Notes under the pieces: generated by a model | Database searches by the model: none | Told to the model about the DNA's origin: nothing | Seen by the model: only the letters and a program-made list of their open reading frames with translations | In this document: one piece after another, positions 21,196 through 36,100 of the stretch | Numbering within the stretch: the stretch's first letter is position 1 | Layout of the letters: every line of letters starts with the position of its first letter | Source: Octopus vulgaris | Lineage: Eukaryota | Direction of reading: 5' to 3' | DNA length: 64,000 nucleotides | Assembly (NCBI GenBank): GCA_951406725.2 | Contig: OX597816.1 | Coordinates: forward strand, 27,218,001 to 27,282,000 | Made by a program: the position numbers and the translations under genes

Positions 21196-24100
21196 ACAGC
21201 AAAACTTGGAACAAGTAGGGAGTACGAAAAAGATTTGTGGTGACAAAAATGTAATACCTCCAACAGCTGAAGAAATGAAAGAATATAAAGAAATTGAAAA
21301 TCTTCAACATTCTTCTCTTTTCCGAATGCAGGCAAGTTATGTTTTATTTTAGATGAAACAAATCTTCTATAAGTTAATCTGTGGAGTGGAGACCAGTCTC
21401 CATGATCATTGCTGGTACTCCCAGATTGGTGGGAGATGTTTGGAGAACAAAGTGAAAAGTTGGGGTAATTCCAGAGAGTTGCATTTCTGAGGTGTAAGGT
21501 CTTGGGTTAGTAGATTTGAGCAGTCTAGGAAATGTCACATATGACAATAGGAGGTAAGTCTGAGTGAAAAAGGTATATAGCTAACAGGTTCAGAAGCAGC
21601 GGCAGAGAGAAAGAAAGGGAGGAAAACAGTGTAGAATTAGTGCTTGAAGTATGTTGGTGCCAGTCATTTAAATTTAGTGATATCTCCTAGGTAACATTGA
21701 CTACTTCTAGTGAGCCATCTGGGTATTTAAGAGAATTATTTCCGGTGTGCTCATAGTATATATTATTCCAATGCATATTCCACATATGACGTTTGTCTAG
21801 GAATTAATTTAGTATGCTGTGTTGGATGTACAACATCAATGTGCATGTATGACAAAGTGCAAATGTGCTGAGAGAAAAGCTGGGCATAAGAGGAATCAGA
21901 TGCAGCATACAAGAAAGAAAACTATGTTGGTTTGAACATGTGATGTGTATGAACGAAGATAGCTGTATGAAGAAGTGCCAATCACTGAAAGTAGATGGTA
22001 CTTGTGGAAAAGGGTGACGTGGGAAGACATGGGATGAAGTGGTTAGACCAAACTCAGGAGGAGATGACAATGGACTGAGATGTCTGGATCTAGTGATATG
22101 AAGTTCTTGAGAAGACCTGCCCGCTTCAGCAAAACTGAGTTGTGGGAGCACTGTGTGTTCCACCCACATATAGCAATAAAATTTTCCACACACCCTACTC
22201 CAACAAACCAAACTATATCTCTTTCTCACTGCCCTGCTCACTGTATCATTGCTAACCTGTTGTCCTCTACCTTCTCTATATACCAAGTGTCACCAGTTAC
22301 TGCATTCCTCACCCCACCCTCCACTCTTTGCATTTATGTGAAGTCTCTACTCCCTACTCATGAACCCTTGACAATACTCTACCATACTTAGGGGTATGTT
22401 CTGGCACTTTGTGACCATCTATCTCCCACCCTCTTTTGCACTCTTCCACTTTTTCTCTTGCTCCTCTCAGCCTTACTGGGTAATCATGTATCTCCTCTAC
22501 AACAACACACCTGTTTCTTGTTTTCATTCTTGATCTCTCTTTCTCCCTCTGACTGGGTAACCATGTATCTGTGGAGGCACATGGCCTAGTGGTTAGAGCA
22601 GCGGACTCGTGGTCGAGGGATCGCGGGTTCGAATCTCAGACCGGGCGGTGTGTGTGTTTATGAGTGAAACGCCTAAGCTCCACGTGGCTCTGGCAGAAGG
22701 TAATGGCGAAACTTCTGCTGACTCTTTTGCCACTACTGTCTCTCACTCTTCCCTCTTGCATCTTGCAGCTCACCTCCGACGGACTGGCATCCCATCCAAG
22801 TGGGGAACCTATACGCCAAGGAAACTGGGAAACCGGCCCTTATGAGCCAGGCATGGCTCGAGAAGGAACAAACAACCATGTATCTCCTCTACAAGTCACC
22901 TGTTTCTATCCCTCTGGTACAAGACCAGTTCCTCCAATGAGCCCCCTTCTCAAAAGATCTTTGTCTTGTAAGTTACTGGGTGACCGTGCCGGTATTAGTG
23001 CCACATAAAAAGCACCTTGTCTGCCCTGTAAAGTACTTGACATTTGGAAGGGCATCCAGCTGTAAAAACCATGTCAAAACTGACTTTGCTGGTGCTGATG
23101 CAATGTAAAAAGCATTCAATCCACTCTGTTGGGTGGTTGGTGTTAGGAAGGCCATTCAACCGTAAAAACCATGCCTAAACAGACAGTGAAAGCCTGGTGC
23201 AGTTTTCTGCATAACCAGCTCTTGTCAAACTGTTCAACTCATGCCAGGTTGGAAAATAGATGTTAAATGATGATAAGGTCGACTTTGCCTTTCATCCTTT
23301 TGGGGTCGATAAATTAAGTACCAGTTACACACTGGAGTCAATGTAATCGACTTAATACCTATGTCTGTCCTTGTTTGTCCCCTCTATGTTTAGCCCCTTG
23401 TGGGTAATAAAGAAATAGATAATGGTATTTGTGATTTCACTACATCTTGTGTCCATAGCTTACATTGGGTACTGCATATGAAGTTTATACATAGTACTTT
23501 TCTGCATGTTGAGCTAGGTCATTTTCCTGATGATCTTGATATTTTGTTTTTTCTCCTACTTAATAACAACTTAGTCATTGCTAAGTTTACTTCGGGGCCT
23601 CTTGATTCTAGGTTTTGCTTCTCTGGAATTGCTGTTTTGATTCCACTATAGACTCAGCTTTAAGAACTAGATCTTCAGTTTCTATGGACTGCCAAACTTA
23701 AGCTTAGTGATGGCCTGTAGGACAATGATGAATAGGAGGGGGTTGAGGAGTGAACTTCGATGGACCCCTACTTTCAGTCTAAAAGGACCACCTTCATATA
23801 TCCCTGCTTTCTTTTTATATTCTTGCTCCTTCCATCTTCCCACTTCTGGTTCTGATGTTATTCTTCTTTCCCCTGTTCCCCTCCTCGGTCCTTTCAGCAA
23901 ATACACATACCGTCCCTTTGTTATTGTACCCATTCCATTGTCACTTCAATCTACAGGCTTTTGGTTACTGACCACTCCCGACATCAGTGCTTTTCAAACT
24001 TTTTGCTGGAGCGGAACCCCAAGGAAACATTCCACTGGCTCGAGGAACCCTTGTGCAATAATTTAATAGTCTTATGCACACACATCTGCACAGGAGAATT

Positions 24101-27100
24101 AAAAATTACTGCCGATTTTAGCAGTTTTGTGACTTCTTGCAGAACCCCTGGACTGTACTGGCAGAACCCTATGGTTCCGCGGAACCCTGGTTGAAAACCA
24201 CTGCCCTACATTTACATTGTGTACAAGGTACCCCACCTGCTGTTCACATTGTAAAATCGTTGGCTAATGAGCAAAGACATGTAGGGTCATGAGGTCCCTC
24301 TAACCCTGCCAGCATCGCAAATGGGCAATAAAAGATGATGATTATGATGATGAGATGGTTGGTGCCATGGTAAAATGCACCCAGTACCTTCTGTGAAGTA
24401 GCTGGTAACGGGAGGGGCACCAAGCCAAATGACACACATGAGCACCATTCTGTTGGAACAGTGAAGCCTCTTAAGCAGTAACTTTGGCTGTGATGACCCA
24501 TCCCACCCATGTCCGCATAGAAAGTGGACATAAAATCATCATCATCATCATTTAGCGTCTGCTTTCCATGCTAGCATGGGTTGGACGGTTCAACTGGGGT
24601 CTGGGAAGCCAGAAGGCTGCATCGGGCCCAGTCTGATCTGCCAGTGTTTCTACGGCTGGATGCCCTTCTTAACGCCAACCACTCCGTGAGTGTAGTGGGT
24701 GCTTTTTACATGCCACCCGCACAGGTGCCAGACGGGGCTGGCAAACGGCCATGGACGGATGGTGCTTTTTACGTGCCACCGGCACGGGGGCAAATGATAA
24801 TGATGATGAAAACAGGTGAAAATATGCAGATCCAGGGCAGGGTCATTCCTATAATTTAGATGGAGAATAATTATTTTTTGACGTTTTCAATACAATCAAA
24901 ACAATACAGTTTCATTTATGAAAAGCCACTTCAAGCTATCATTTTCCAAACTAGGTCCTAACTTTAAAACTTAAGGTCCATGTGTATGTGTGAAAGATTC
25001 GTTCCAATGAAAAGAAAGCATATTTGTTAATCAACTTTTGTTTAAAAAATGGAAATGAGTATTTTAAATTGAGAGCAGTCATTGATACCGAGTGATGTTG
25101 GTTTCTTTTTAAAGATTAAAGAGCTTTTGTCGGAGGTGAAGGTCAGTTTTGCGAAGAGAATGAAAATAGAGAAAAGTGTACAGAAACTTGTTGATGTCTT
25201 ACAGAACTTACCTAAAGGTGAAAGCTACCAGGTAAGTCATTCTTTTACCTGAGTGTTTATAAACCATTAAAGAAACACACAAAACCGTTAGATTCACTTC
25301 AACATTTAAATTTAATTTCGCAAAATATTTTCGCCACTTTGAGACTGCGACCTGTCCACTGACAAAGCTTCGTAGTGAACAGGTCATGGTCTCAAAGCAC
25401 CGAAAATATTTTGCGAAATTAAATTTAAATGTTGAAGTGAATCTAACGGTTTTGTGTGTTTCTTAAATGGCTTATAAACACCTTCTATGCTGCAATTGTT
25501 TTCGTTCCAGCTCACGATCTCAGATCAAGTCACTTGCTATGCAAGTACATCTCTAATGAGTGTTTATTGTTTGACTTGCAGGATTTCAAAGTTAGTCACA
25601 TTTCTGATATCAAAGATATTGTAATCATGATGCTGGTTTTAAGAAACACTTCATAAAATATTCTGTAAGAGAGAAACTAAAAGTCATTGTATGAATTTAT
25701 TCTGTTCTATAGTAATGCATAAATAACATTTGGTTTCAGGGTTAGGGTTGTTGTCGACACTATTTATTGTCACAAATGATATAAGGAAGGATATTCCTTT
25801 TTATATTTACAAGATGCAGGTTTGCCTGTGTAGTAAGATATCCATTTCTCAACTATGTGTTGAGTGGCTGTGTGGTAAGTAGATTGCTTACCAACCACAT
25901 GGTTCCAGGTTCAGTCCCACTGCGTGGCATCTTGAGCAAGTGTCTTCTGCTATAGCCCCGGGATGACCAATGCCTTGTGAGTGGATTTGGTAGACGGAAA
26001 CTGATAGAAGCCTGTCGTATATATCTATATATATATATATGTATGTGTGTCTGTGTTTGTCCCCCTAGCATTGCTTGACAACCGATGCTGGTGTGTTTAC
26101 CTCCCCGTCACTTAGCGGTTCGGCAAAAGAGACCGATAGAATAAGTACTGGGCTTACAAAGAATAAGTCCCGGGGTCGATTTGCTTGACTAAAGGCGGTG
26201 CTCCAGCATGGCCGCAGTCAAATGACTGAAACAAGTAAAAGAGAGAGAGAGTATGTGATTTCAGGTTCAGTTCCTGTGTTGACCAATCCCTTATGAATAA
26301 CTTTGGTAGGTAGTGTTGGTACAAAGCCTATTGTATGCATGTGTGTATGCCTGTGTGAATGATCTCACTAGTAAGAGTGGGGGTGTTTTGTTCAGTCTGG
26401 GAAAACTAGAACAAGGTATAGAATACATTAAGTGTAGTAAGTGTGGTCAGTTGTTCAGCATTTTATCCTCATAGCCATTGTGCTTTTGTATATTCTAAAC
26501 AAATTATTTTTCCAAAATGAGAAAAATATTTTCTTTTTTTTTTCCAGCTAAATGATCAAGAATGGGTTCAGAAATGTGGTCTTTCTGTTCCTTTGGTACA
26601 GAAACCCTCTACAGTTGAAGGGACATTCTGCTTTCACCCACCATCGTCAGTAAATATTATTGGTAGTTTCCCATTAGACACCTGTCTTAAAATAGGGCTC
26701 CATGTTGACATTGCTGTGAAGATTCCAAAGGTAAGTATTAACATGAAATATTTTGTGGATTCAGTTTAAGATATATCAATATTTCATCTTAGAAATCAGC
26801 ATGAACCCATTGGATGTCGACCCACTGAATATTGTCGTAATTAAATATGATCTTTAAATTAATGCTGGTCATATCTAATTATATCTTATTCTCTTGTGGC
26901 CTTTTGCATTAATGTCACTGGTAATCATAGTTTCTTGTTAAGCATGCTCATGATGAACGGTCCTATACCATATTCACAATATACAGTATTCATAGCAACA
27001 GTTTCATTGGTTGCTATACCATTAATCCTTGTGCTAATATGATTATTAAAGTTCAGAATCAAACTCACACACAAGCAATCACTGCATATTCAGAACACTT

Positions 27101-30100
27101 TTGTTGTGTGATGTGACCTGCCAAAGTTGATCTTGTACTTGATGTGTATAAAGTTTCGGATATATACATTTTGGACTCATCTTATAGATTACCTTCACAG
27201 ACCCCCAGGAATCTGTGAATTCCAGACTGGGAGTCACTGGTTTAAGCTATTAAAGAATAATAGGAAAAATAATCAATTAATTTCTTTTTTGTGTCAACAA
27301 GAAGCCATTTCTGTGTTTTCTCTTTTTTATTTAACTCTGATTTAGAATTCGTTTATCACATACAAGATACAAGGATTAAAGAAAATAAATTATTTGCTAT
27401 AAATTTCAATCAAAATAGATTTGTAGATCCTAAGTCTGAATCTGACTGGATTTAATTCCCAGTTGTATTGTTTTTTTAAGAACTGATCTTCTATTATTGA
27501 ACGCCATCTTGCAGAAAGTAAGTCTATGGACTAATATACTTTAACCCTTTCATTACCAACTCGGCCAAAACCGGCTCTGGCTCTGCAGTACAAATGTCTT
27601 GTTTTCATAAGTTTTAAATTAAAATCTTCCACCAAAACTTTAGTCACAATTTATGTTCCTAACTCTAGCTGAATGATAACTAAGTTATTTTACTAAATTC
27701 TTTGCTATATTTAAAAATGATTGAAAGAAACACAGAACATCTCAAAATAAATACAGTAACGAAAGGGTTAATGTATAAGATAAATTGCTCAATATATTAC
27801 AAAAGACCTTATTTTTTTGTTTTTAAGAAATTCTTTGATACTAGAGACTTCCTGAACCAGCGGTATGTCCGTAAGAGAGCTCTGTATTTGGTGGCTTTGG
27901 CTGCACACCTGAAAAATGAAGCATTTGTTGAAGAGTTGAGCTTCACTTACCATCATGGTGATCCTTATAAACCAATACTCATAGCTGTTCTTCAAGGTAA
28001 GATGATCTGTGTTTTGTAATGTTTCTTACAAAAATTCATTTGTCTTTTCTATTTTATTTTAATCTCTTTTTGTGAATTACAATTTAATGGGACCAAATCA
28101 ACATGCAAGTTCTTGATAAGTGATGGATAAAAAATATATTTCTTGTTAGACATTTGGAAATTTTAGATCATTGTGTGTGAGATGTATTTTGTTCCTTTAT
28201 TGGCAAATACGAATGGTTTTTTTTGAGACTTTGCTAAATATAAAAGTGATGTTACAATCAAACTCTGTCCTTGACCATTTTTTTTTCTGCAGATATTGAG
28301 CTACAGATATTTTAAACCCTAATTAGTTATAATGATTGCTTGTAATTGGAACAAATTTGTTAGCTTATCGAACCATGTTTGTACCAGAACTGTGTTAAAA
28401 CCATCCATCTCAATCATCGTCATCATCATCACCATCATCATCATATAACATCCGTTTTCCATGCTAGCATGGGTTGGACGATTTTGACTGAGGGTCGGCA
28501 ACCAGATGGCTGCACCAGGCTCCAGTCTTGATCTGGCAGAGTTTCTACAGCTAGATGCCCTTCCTTATGCCAACCACTCCGAGAGTGTAGTGGGTGCTTT
28601 TTATGTGCCACCTGCACGGGGGCCAGTCAGGCAGTACTGGCAATGACCTCGCTCGAATCTTTTTACACATGCCACCGGCACAGGTGGCACATGTTTAATT
28701 GCTGTTTGATACCTGCTAATTTCATTTTAATCCTGAGAGTTTCTTACACCGCTAATTTCCAATCTTCAGTGTTTTTGAGTTATGTTTGATAAATGTATTG
28801 TAATTTTATATCAATTATAGTTTATATCAGGATAATTATATTTTACATCAGCTTAATAATTTTTATGTAATTTAAAATAATATTTATTGATTTAGGAAAA
28901 TCAATAATGTATTATGAAGTAGCTGCCTAATGTATTTATTTATTTATTTAATTTAACCGTTTAGCATTCAGATTTCTTTGTGAAATTTATTGCAAATTTA
29001 TTCATACTGTTTTGAATTAATCACATATTATTTTGCAACATCAAAATTTAAATGGTGTGGCTATATATTTTTAAAATGACATTGTAGGGTAAGTGTGAGA
29101 GGTTGGATCCAGACAGTCTTAACATAAAACAGGTGGAATATTTGGGCCGGATTAAGCGCTAAAGGGTTAATGAAAGAGTAATTAATCTCAATGTTATAAA
29201 TTAATGCCTACTGATCCTGGTGTTAATTTCATGTTTTTTTCCCTCAAAACTGTACTAATTTATTCTTGCTTTTCTCTTATATTGATCATTGCCTTTAAGG
29301 CAATGAAATTGTTCTGTCCTTATTCTCTATATTGTTCTTTCATAAATAATTTACGGACCTTAATTCTTCTAACTTCTGTTTCAGATGCCAAAGATAGTTG
29401 TGAGGTTCACATTCATCCAGTGACCACTTATTTTAAACATTCACGATTTTCTCACAACAAGAGCAATGTGCGACAGGCTTGGTTTTATTCAGGAACAGAT
29501 GCCGAGGTCAAAGGTAAAAACTCTTTTTTATTTCTTTCTCTCTTTATTTACATTAAATTTTACATCTTGTTTTGAAGGTAATCTTTAATTGTTGATTTGG
29601 TATATCATCATCATCATCATCGTTTAACGTCCGCTTTCCATGCTAGCATGGGTTGGATGGTTCAACTGGGGTCTGGGAAGCCAGAAGGCTACACCAGGCC
29701 CAGTTTGATCTGGCAGTGTTTCTACAGCTGGATGCCCTTCCTAACGCCAACCACACCATGAGTGTAGTGGGTGCTTTTTACATGCCAAACGAGGCTGGCA
29801 AATGGCCATGATCGGATGGTGCTTTTTACGTGCCACTTGCACGGAGGCCAATCGAGGCTGGCAACAGCCACGATTGGCCGTTGCCAGCCTCGTCTGCTTC
29901 TAAGGGTTGGACAATTTGACAGGATCCAATTGAGCTGGAAGTTGTTGAGAAACATCTGTTTTGGCATGGTTTCTATGGCTGGACGCCCTTCAGACAATGT
30001 GTACTGGATACAGTTTTTATGACACCAGCGTTAGTGACACTGTCAAGTAACTTGCAAGACAAAAGGGGAGGTACCTTGACAGTGGGGGTGGCTGAAACAT

Positions 30101-33100
30101 TTGTCTTAATCTTACATCCCATCTAAAGTCCAAATAAACTGCCACTTCCAAGTCTTCCACTGATATCCTAAAATCAGTCCCAAAGAAATATAATAAACAC
30201 ATACAAATGGATCTAACTACAATATTAATAGCCTTACTGGCCACAAAATAGGGGAAGAAGGGCAGCAATTATCATGCTGAGACCAAGTCCATCTTCCCTG
30301 CCTGTAGTCATTACTGGAATCTCGTTGTGCAGAAATAGACTGGAGACCAGGAGTGCCATATATTCAGAGTAATACTGCATTCCATACTGAGGTATGATAT
30401 CAATGGCAACTGTTGATATACTATGGGTGTTTCATTAATCAGGGATGATATGGGTCTACACAACAACAACTATTTTTATGACATATCATCATCATCATTT
30501 AACGTCCGTTTTCCATGCTAGCATGGGTTGGATGGTTCAACTGGGGTCTGGTAAGCCATGGAGGCTGCACTAGGCTCTAGTCTGATCTGGCAGTGTTTCT
30601 ACAGCTGGATGCCCTTCCTAACGCCAACCACTTCGTGAGTGTAGTGGGTATTTTTTACGAGCCACCGGCACAGGGGCCAGAGCGGGCTGGCAAACGGCCA
30701 TGATCGGTTGGTGCTTTTACGTGTCACCGACATGGATGCCAGTCAGGCGAAGCTAGTATCTGCCATGTTCGGACGGTGCTTTTTATGTGTCACCGGCACG
30801 GGTGTCTTGACTACAATTTCCATTTGAATTTTTATTTTGATGCTGGCGAACTTGACTCAACAGGTCTCCTCAAGGTTAGCACAGCAGGCCGTCCTGCAAG
30901 CCATGAACTCACTTCATTTGTCGGGTCTTCGAAGTCACAGCATATCTCCAGAGGTCTCGGTCTTTCGTCATAGCCTCTGTGAGGCTCAAAGTACGAAGGT
31001 CATGCTTGACCACCTTGTCCCATGTCTTCCTTGGGTCTACCTCTACCTCGGATTCCTTCAACAGTTTAGGAGTGGCACTTCTTCACACATCTCTCCTCAT
31101 CCATCCATATGTATTATATATTTCAGATGATGAGGAAAATCTATTGCTTCCTACACCCCACTACAACATGTCCATTTTAAAAGATCTGCTGATCACAGAA
31201 AATCAAAATTTACTCAAAGAATCTCTGTGTGTTGACAGTGGTCAGCTAAAAGATGGAATTATTCTTTTAAAAGTTTGGCTCCAGCAAAGAAACTTGAATA
31301 CAGTGAGTATATATATATTTGTATTCTTTTGTTTTGTTTCTTATGATAAAACATAGTTATTAACCCTTTAGCATTCAAACCGGCCAATCTGGATCTGGCA
31401 GAGTTTCTACAGCTGGATGCCCTTCCTAGAATAATTATTAACTAACCCTATAAGAATTTCACAAAGTGTAATAAAATCATCTTGTCACGAAGAAAAGTTT
31501 TAACATTTCAGGCAGAAGCCTTTTCCTCTGAAAAAGCATAAGTTTGTTCTCAGAATTAGGGTAATTGTCAGCAATAGAAGGGTTACATGACTGATGTTGT
31601 GGTACCTCACTCCATTATTTGTATTTATAACTATTATATTCCCTTGCAGGGTTATGGTGCTGTGTCTGGTTTTATAATTTCAATGTATGTAGCCTACCTT
31701 CTTAAGCTGAAGAGACTGAATAAATTAATGAGTAGCTATCAGGTGTTCCGGACAACCCTGTACAACCTTGGTAAGTTTTTGCTTTGTTTATTCTATATTC
31801 TTGTTGTTGCTACCATTGAATATTAGTTATTGAATCATGAATTTATGTAAAAGCAGATTTATTGAAGATGGGACATTAATTAATTTTTAACATTTTAAGT
31901 TCTCTTAAGTTATTTCAACTGCTCAAGGTTTTGTCCCAAATCTCTCTTTACAAATATCTTACCAGTTCTAAAAAGAATATATTATGTTTAAGGGTTCTGG
32001 ATAGAATAGCTATCAGCTGATTCTGCTATATGTGTGCTTGTAACCCTTTAGCATTCAGGTTATTCTGCTAAAAGTAATGCTTATTTATTCACATTGTTTT
32101 GAATTAATCATGAATTATCTTATTGCTTAACCCTTTAGAGTTCAGATTATTCAATCAAACCTAATGCTTATTGATTCACATTGATTTGAATTAATCATGC
32201 ATTATCTCATATCTTCAAGATCTTGATGGTGTAATTACTTAATGTAGAATAACATTGTAGGGTAGGTGTGAGGGCCTGGATCTGGTCAGTTTGAACATAA
32301 AACAGATTAAATATTTTGGCCGGATATGGCCGGTTTAAATACTAAAGGGTTAAAAATTTCAATGATGAGATACTTTATTTTTAGGTTGACGTTGTAGTGT
32401 AGGTGTGAGAGGCTGGATCTGAATAGTTTAATCATAAAACGGAAAATATTTGGGCTGGATATGACCAGTTTAAATGCTAAAGGGTTGTGTTGTATTGATT
32501 TACATGTTCAGTAATAATGGATGGATGGGTGGGGTAGCCTTAGCTATATTCAAATGTTTAACTTCTTTTTAAAATTGGTTTCTGCTGTTTCTTTCACTTC
32601 ACTTACTAGCTTAGAGAAATCTTTTTATTTAGAAAAGCTGGAAATTTTGTTGAATTTAGATTGATTAGATTTAGTAGTGATGTATAATTTTTTTTTTTTT
32701 TATTGTTTCTCCTCCAGCAAATACTGACTGGGTTAAAGATGGTATCAGCTTCTACAATCAAGAATCACAAGAAAATGCACCAACTTTAGACAGTTTTATA
32801 GAAGCTTTTGATGTAACTTTTGTAGACTCCACTGGATTTCTTAATTTTACAGCTGCTTTATCATCTTACACATATTTGGAAGTAAGGCTTTGCTTTTTAC
32901 ATTTTACATAGTCTCTGTAATGCATCATGTGTTTCTGTCGGAGGGCAGTAACTCCAAATGAGAGTTGATTTGAACAGTGATAATTTGTACAATCCTTGCT
33001 AGTATAGAAAGTGAAAGTAGATGTGAGAGGCAGAAATCTGATTATTATACAATGCTCTATGGTTTTGAGTTTGATACCTCACAGTATTTAGAACCTGTTC

Positions 33101-36100
33101 AAATCTTGCTGTTTCATTGTGTTGAGTCCTAGTTAAACTTTTCCTGAATATATTTCTCACAAAGCACATAGCCCATAAGTTTCAATTAATTTTGGAAGTA
33201 ATGAAGAAAGATAGTAGAAGCTTTTAATAAAATTATTCAACCCATGCCATACCCTTGTGCCATTCATTACATTCACCTTTACCTCTACCTGTCACTCTCC
33301 TCTCACATGCTAATAAACTTATCCATCCACTCTTCCTGATTCTTAGTATTCTTTCATACTCACTTGTATTTTGAGAGCCTGCTCTGACACCTTGTCACCA
33401 CTGTCATTGTCATCATGCCAGTTATTCCCTCTCACCATTATAAATGCAAACACCTGGGCCTGTCCTTGTATTGTACTTTAGCCTCTCAACACCTGGCATA
33501 AAGCCACCTCCAATTCTATTACAATCTCCTTTCATCAAGGAATCTTTTTATTTGTGTTGCAAGTTACTTGATAACTTTATTGGCCAGTGTCATGAAAATA
33601 TGCACTCAGTATATTCTATAAAGTGGTTGGTGCTAGGAAGGGCACCCAACTGTGGAAACCATACCGAAACAAATGTTGGAACTTGAAGTAGATTCATATC
33701 TTGTTGATCCTGTCCAATTATCTAACCCATGCCAGCATGGCAGATAGATGTTGAATGATGATCATGATATATATATATAATTATTATTATTTGAGGGAAT
33801 AAAATCCAAACTTACATGGAAAAATATTCAATTTAGAAATACTAAATCAAATTTCACACAATATAATATATATATAAAAAATTAGAAAAAAAACACCTTT
33901 TATCAATTCAAAATGAACAATTAAATTACACCATCTAGAAAATTACATATAATAGAAAAATTGAAATTAAAATAACAATAAAATGTCAAAGATTAAGTAA
34001 ATTGCAAAAAATAATAATAAAAACGTATATAATAGGGGGGAAAACGACACATGTTTTGTGGCTATATTTAAGAAATGATTATAGTAGTAGAGAAATCACT
34101 TCGATATAAATATAGTCGCTGCCATCCTTAAGATTACAGCTGTTTCACAGCCTTTTTCATGTAGTAATAAATTATTCAGTATGGAATAAATTATGTTTAC
34201 ATGTTTGTATTAAATATGCATGCTATACATTATAAAATAATTAACTTGGTCCTTGTTAAACTGGTCTTTGTAAATTCATTTATCATAAAATTATGCAAGG
34301 AAGCCGAATACAGCCTGAAAATATATAGGATCTGAGTGTGTGTGTGTGGTTTGTATTTGTATTGGCTGAATTGACTATTCTTAACTTGTCTTTGACTTTC
34401 AATTTTTGTCCCTTCAGTTGCAGCATGAAGCTTCTATTACTCTTGAAATATTGGATTCTCAAAATAGAGATTGTTTCCATACTATTTTCATTCAAAAAAT
34501 TCCATTTTGCATGCGGTATGACCAGATATTTCAGTAAGTTACCTTTTTTTTTTGTTGTTTGTTATATTTAATTTTATCTTACTATATTCATTATCTACAC
34601 TGTAATTTGATTGGTAATATTTTAAAACCATTTTGTGCAATTCGTAATTTTTAAATAATAACTTAAAATCTGTTGAAGAATTAAAGACTGCAGGTTTTAA
34701 TTTTAGTAACTACAAAAAAGGGAAATCTGGGACTGATCCTCTGACTTCTAGCTTCCTTGGTGCATTATCGAAGCAAAACCAATGAACATAGTGTCTCCCT
34801 CTCTGTCATTTGTCAACATATTCTCAGAGCAAATATTTCTAATTTGGTCTGTAATGAAGATCTTATTGATCAGACCATCAGATGTCCTCATACACAGCTG
34901 GTCACAATGCATTTCCATTCTTCCCTTCATTGCATTGTTTTCTTTTATTTGGACCAGAATCGTTTCACTGTCATTCTCTCATCCTTTTGAAGGTTTTCTG
35001 AAAGGTCTCTGCTCATCTCTTGGATACCTCTTGACAGCTGCTCGGGTCGACCTCTTACCTCAGCAAAACTTGTGTTTTCAGCATTTTGGAATCATATCAT
35101 TCACCCCATTCTTGAATTACCTGGTTTTGTATATACTCCTTTGATGCTATTCCTAGCTTGGATTCTTCCACAGCCCTCTTGTGTCATAACCAATCACTGT
35201 TCATTTCTTTGTAGTCACCCATGTCTCACTTGCTTTTAAACATGCAGGCAAGTTGCTGCTATTGAAAAGTTTGACTTGCAGGAGCTTGACCAAGTTGTCT
35301 TTTGAACGTATCTTTAACCCTTTCGTTTCCAACCCGGCTGAAACTGGCTCTGGTTCTGTAGTACAAATGCCTTGTTTTCATAAGTCTTGAATTAAAATCT
35401 TCCACCGAACCTTAGTCACAATTTATGATCCTAACACCAGCTTAATGATAACTAAGTTATTTTACTAAATTCTTTGTTATATTTAAAGTAATTGAAAGAA
35501 ACACAGAACATCTCAAAATAAATACAGTAACGAAAGGGTTAATCAGATTAAGCACCTTCCACCCTCTACCTTCCCCAATCCATGCATCATTAATCATCCC
35601 CCACTTCTTATCTACCATTCCCTACATCCACTCTTCAACATTATCTTATCCTTGCAGTTGTTTCTTATATCTCCCTCTCCTCTTCCATTCTCCCATCTCT
35701 TGCTCCTCCACATATTCTTGCAGCCACACTCCTCCCACTTCTGCTCACCTTGTACCTTATGGATCCACCCGGAGACATCACCATTATTTGTGCAGCTCCT
35801 ACTGATCATTCTAACCCTCCTCTTTGAAGTGTAACCATGTAACTCTCTTCTACTTCAAGATACCTGCTTTGCTTTCTCTCATATTTTAATCCTTCATCTC
35901 TTAGCATAAAGCTGTCTCCACACCCCACCCCACTCAGGGTTATAATTTTGTGAACTGAATGCTGACCTCACTAGTACTGGTGGAATGTAAAAAGCACCCA
36001 CTACATGCTGTAAAACGGTTGGCATTAGGAAGAACAGCCTACTATAGAAACCATCCTACTAGAGCACAATGCAATCTTTGAGCCCATTGGATCTTGACAA

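Noticed and set aside
34030-34160. Additional hammerhead (gaaacagctgta and aaaacatgtgtc on the minus strand); similar traces at about 31490-31540 and 63640-63700
   Set aside because: The CUGANGA core is missing or mutated, so these are degenerate remnants only.
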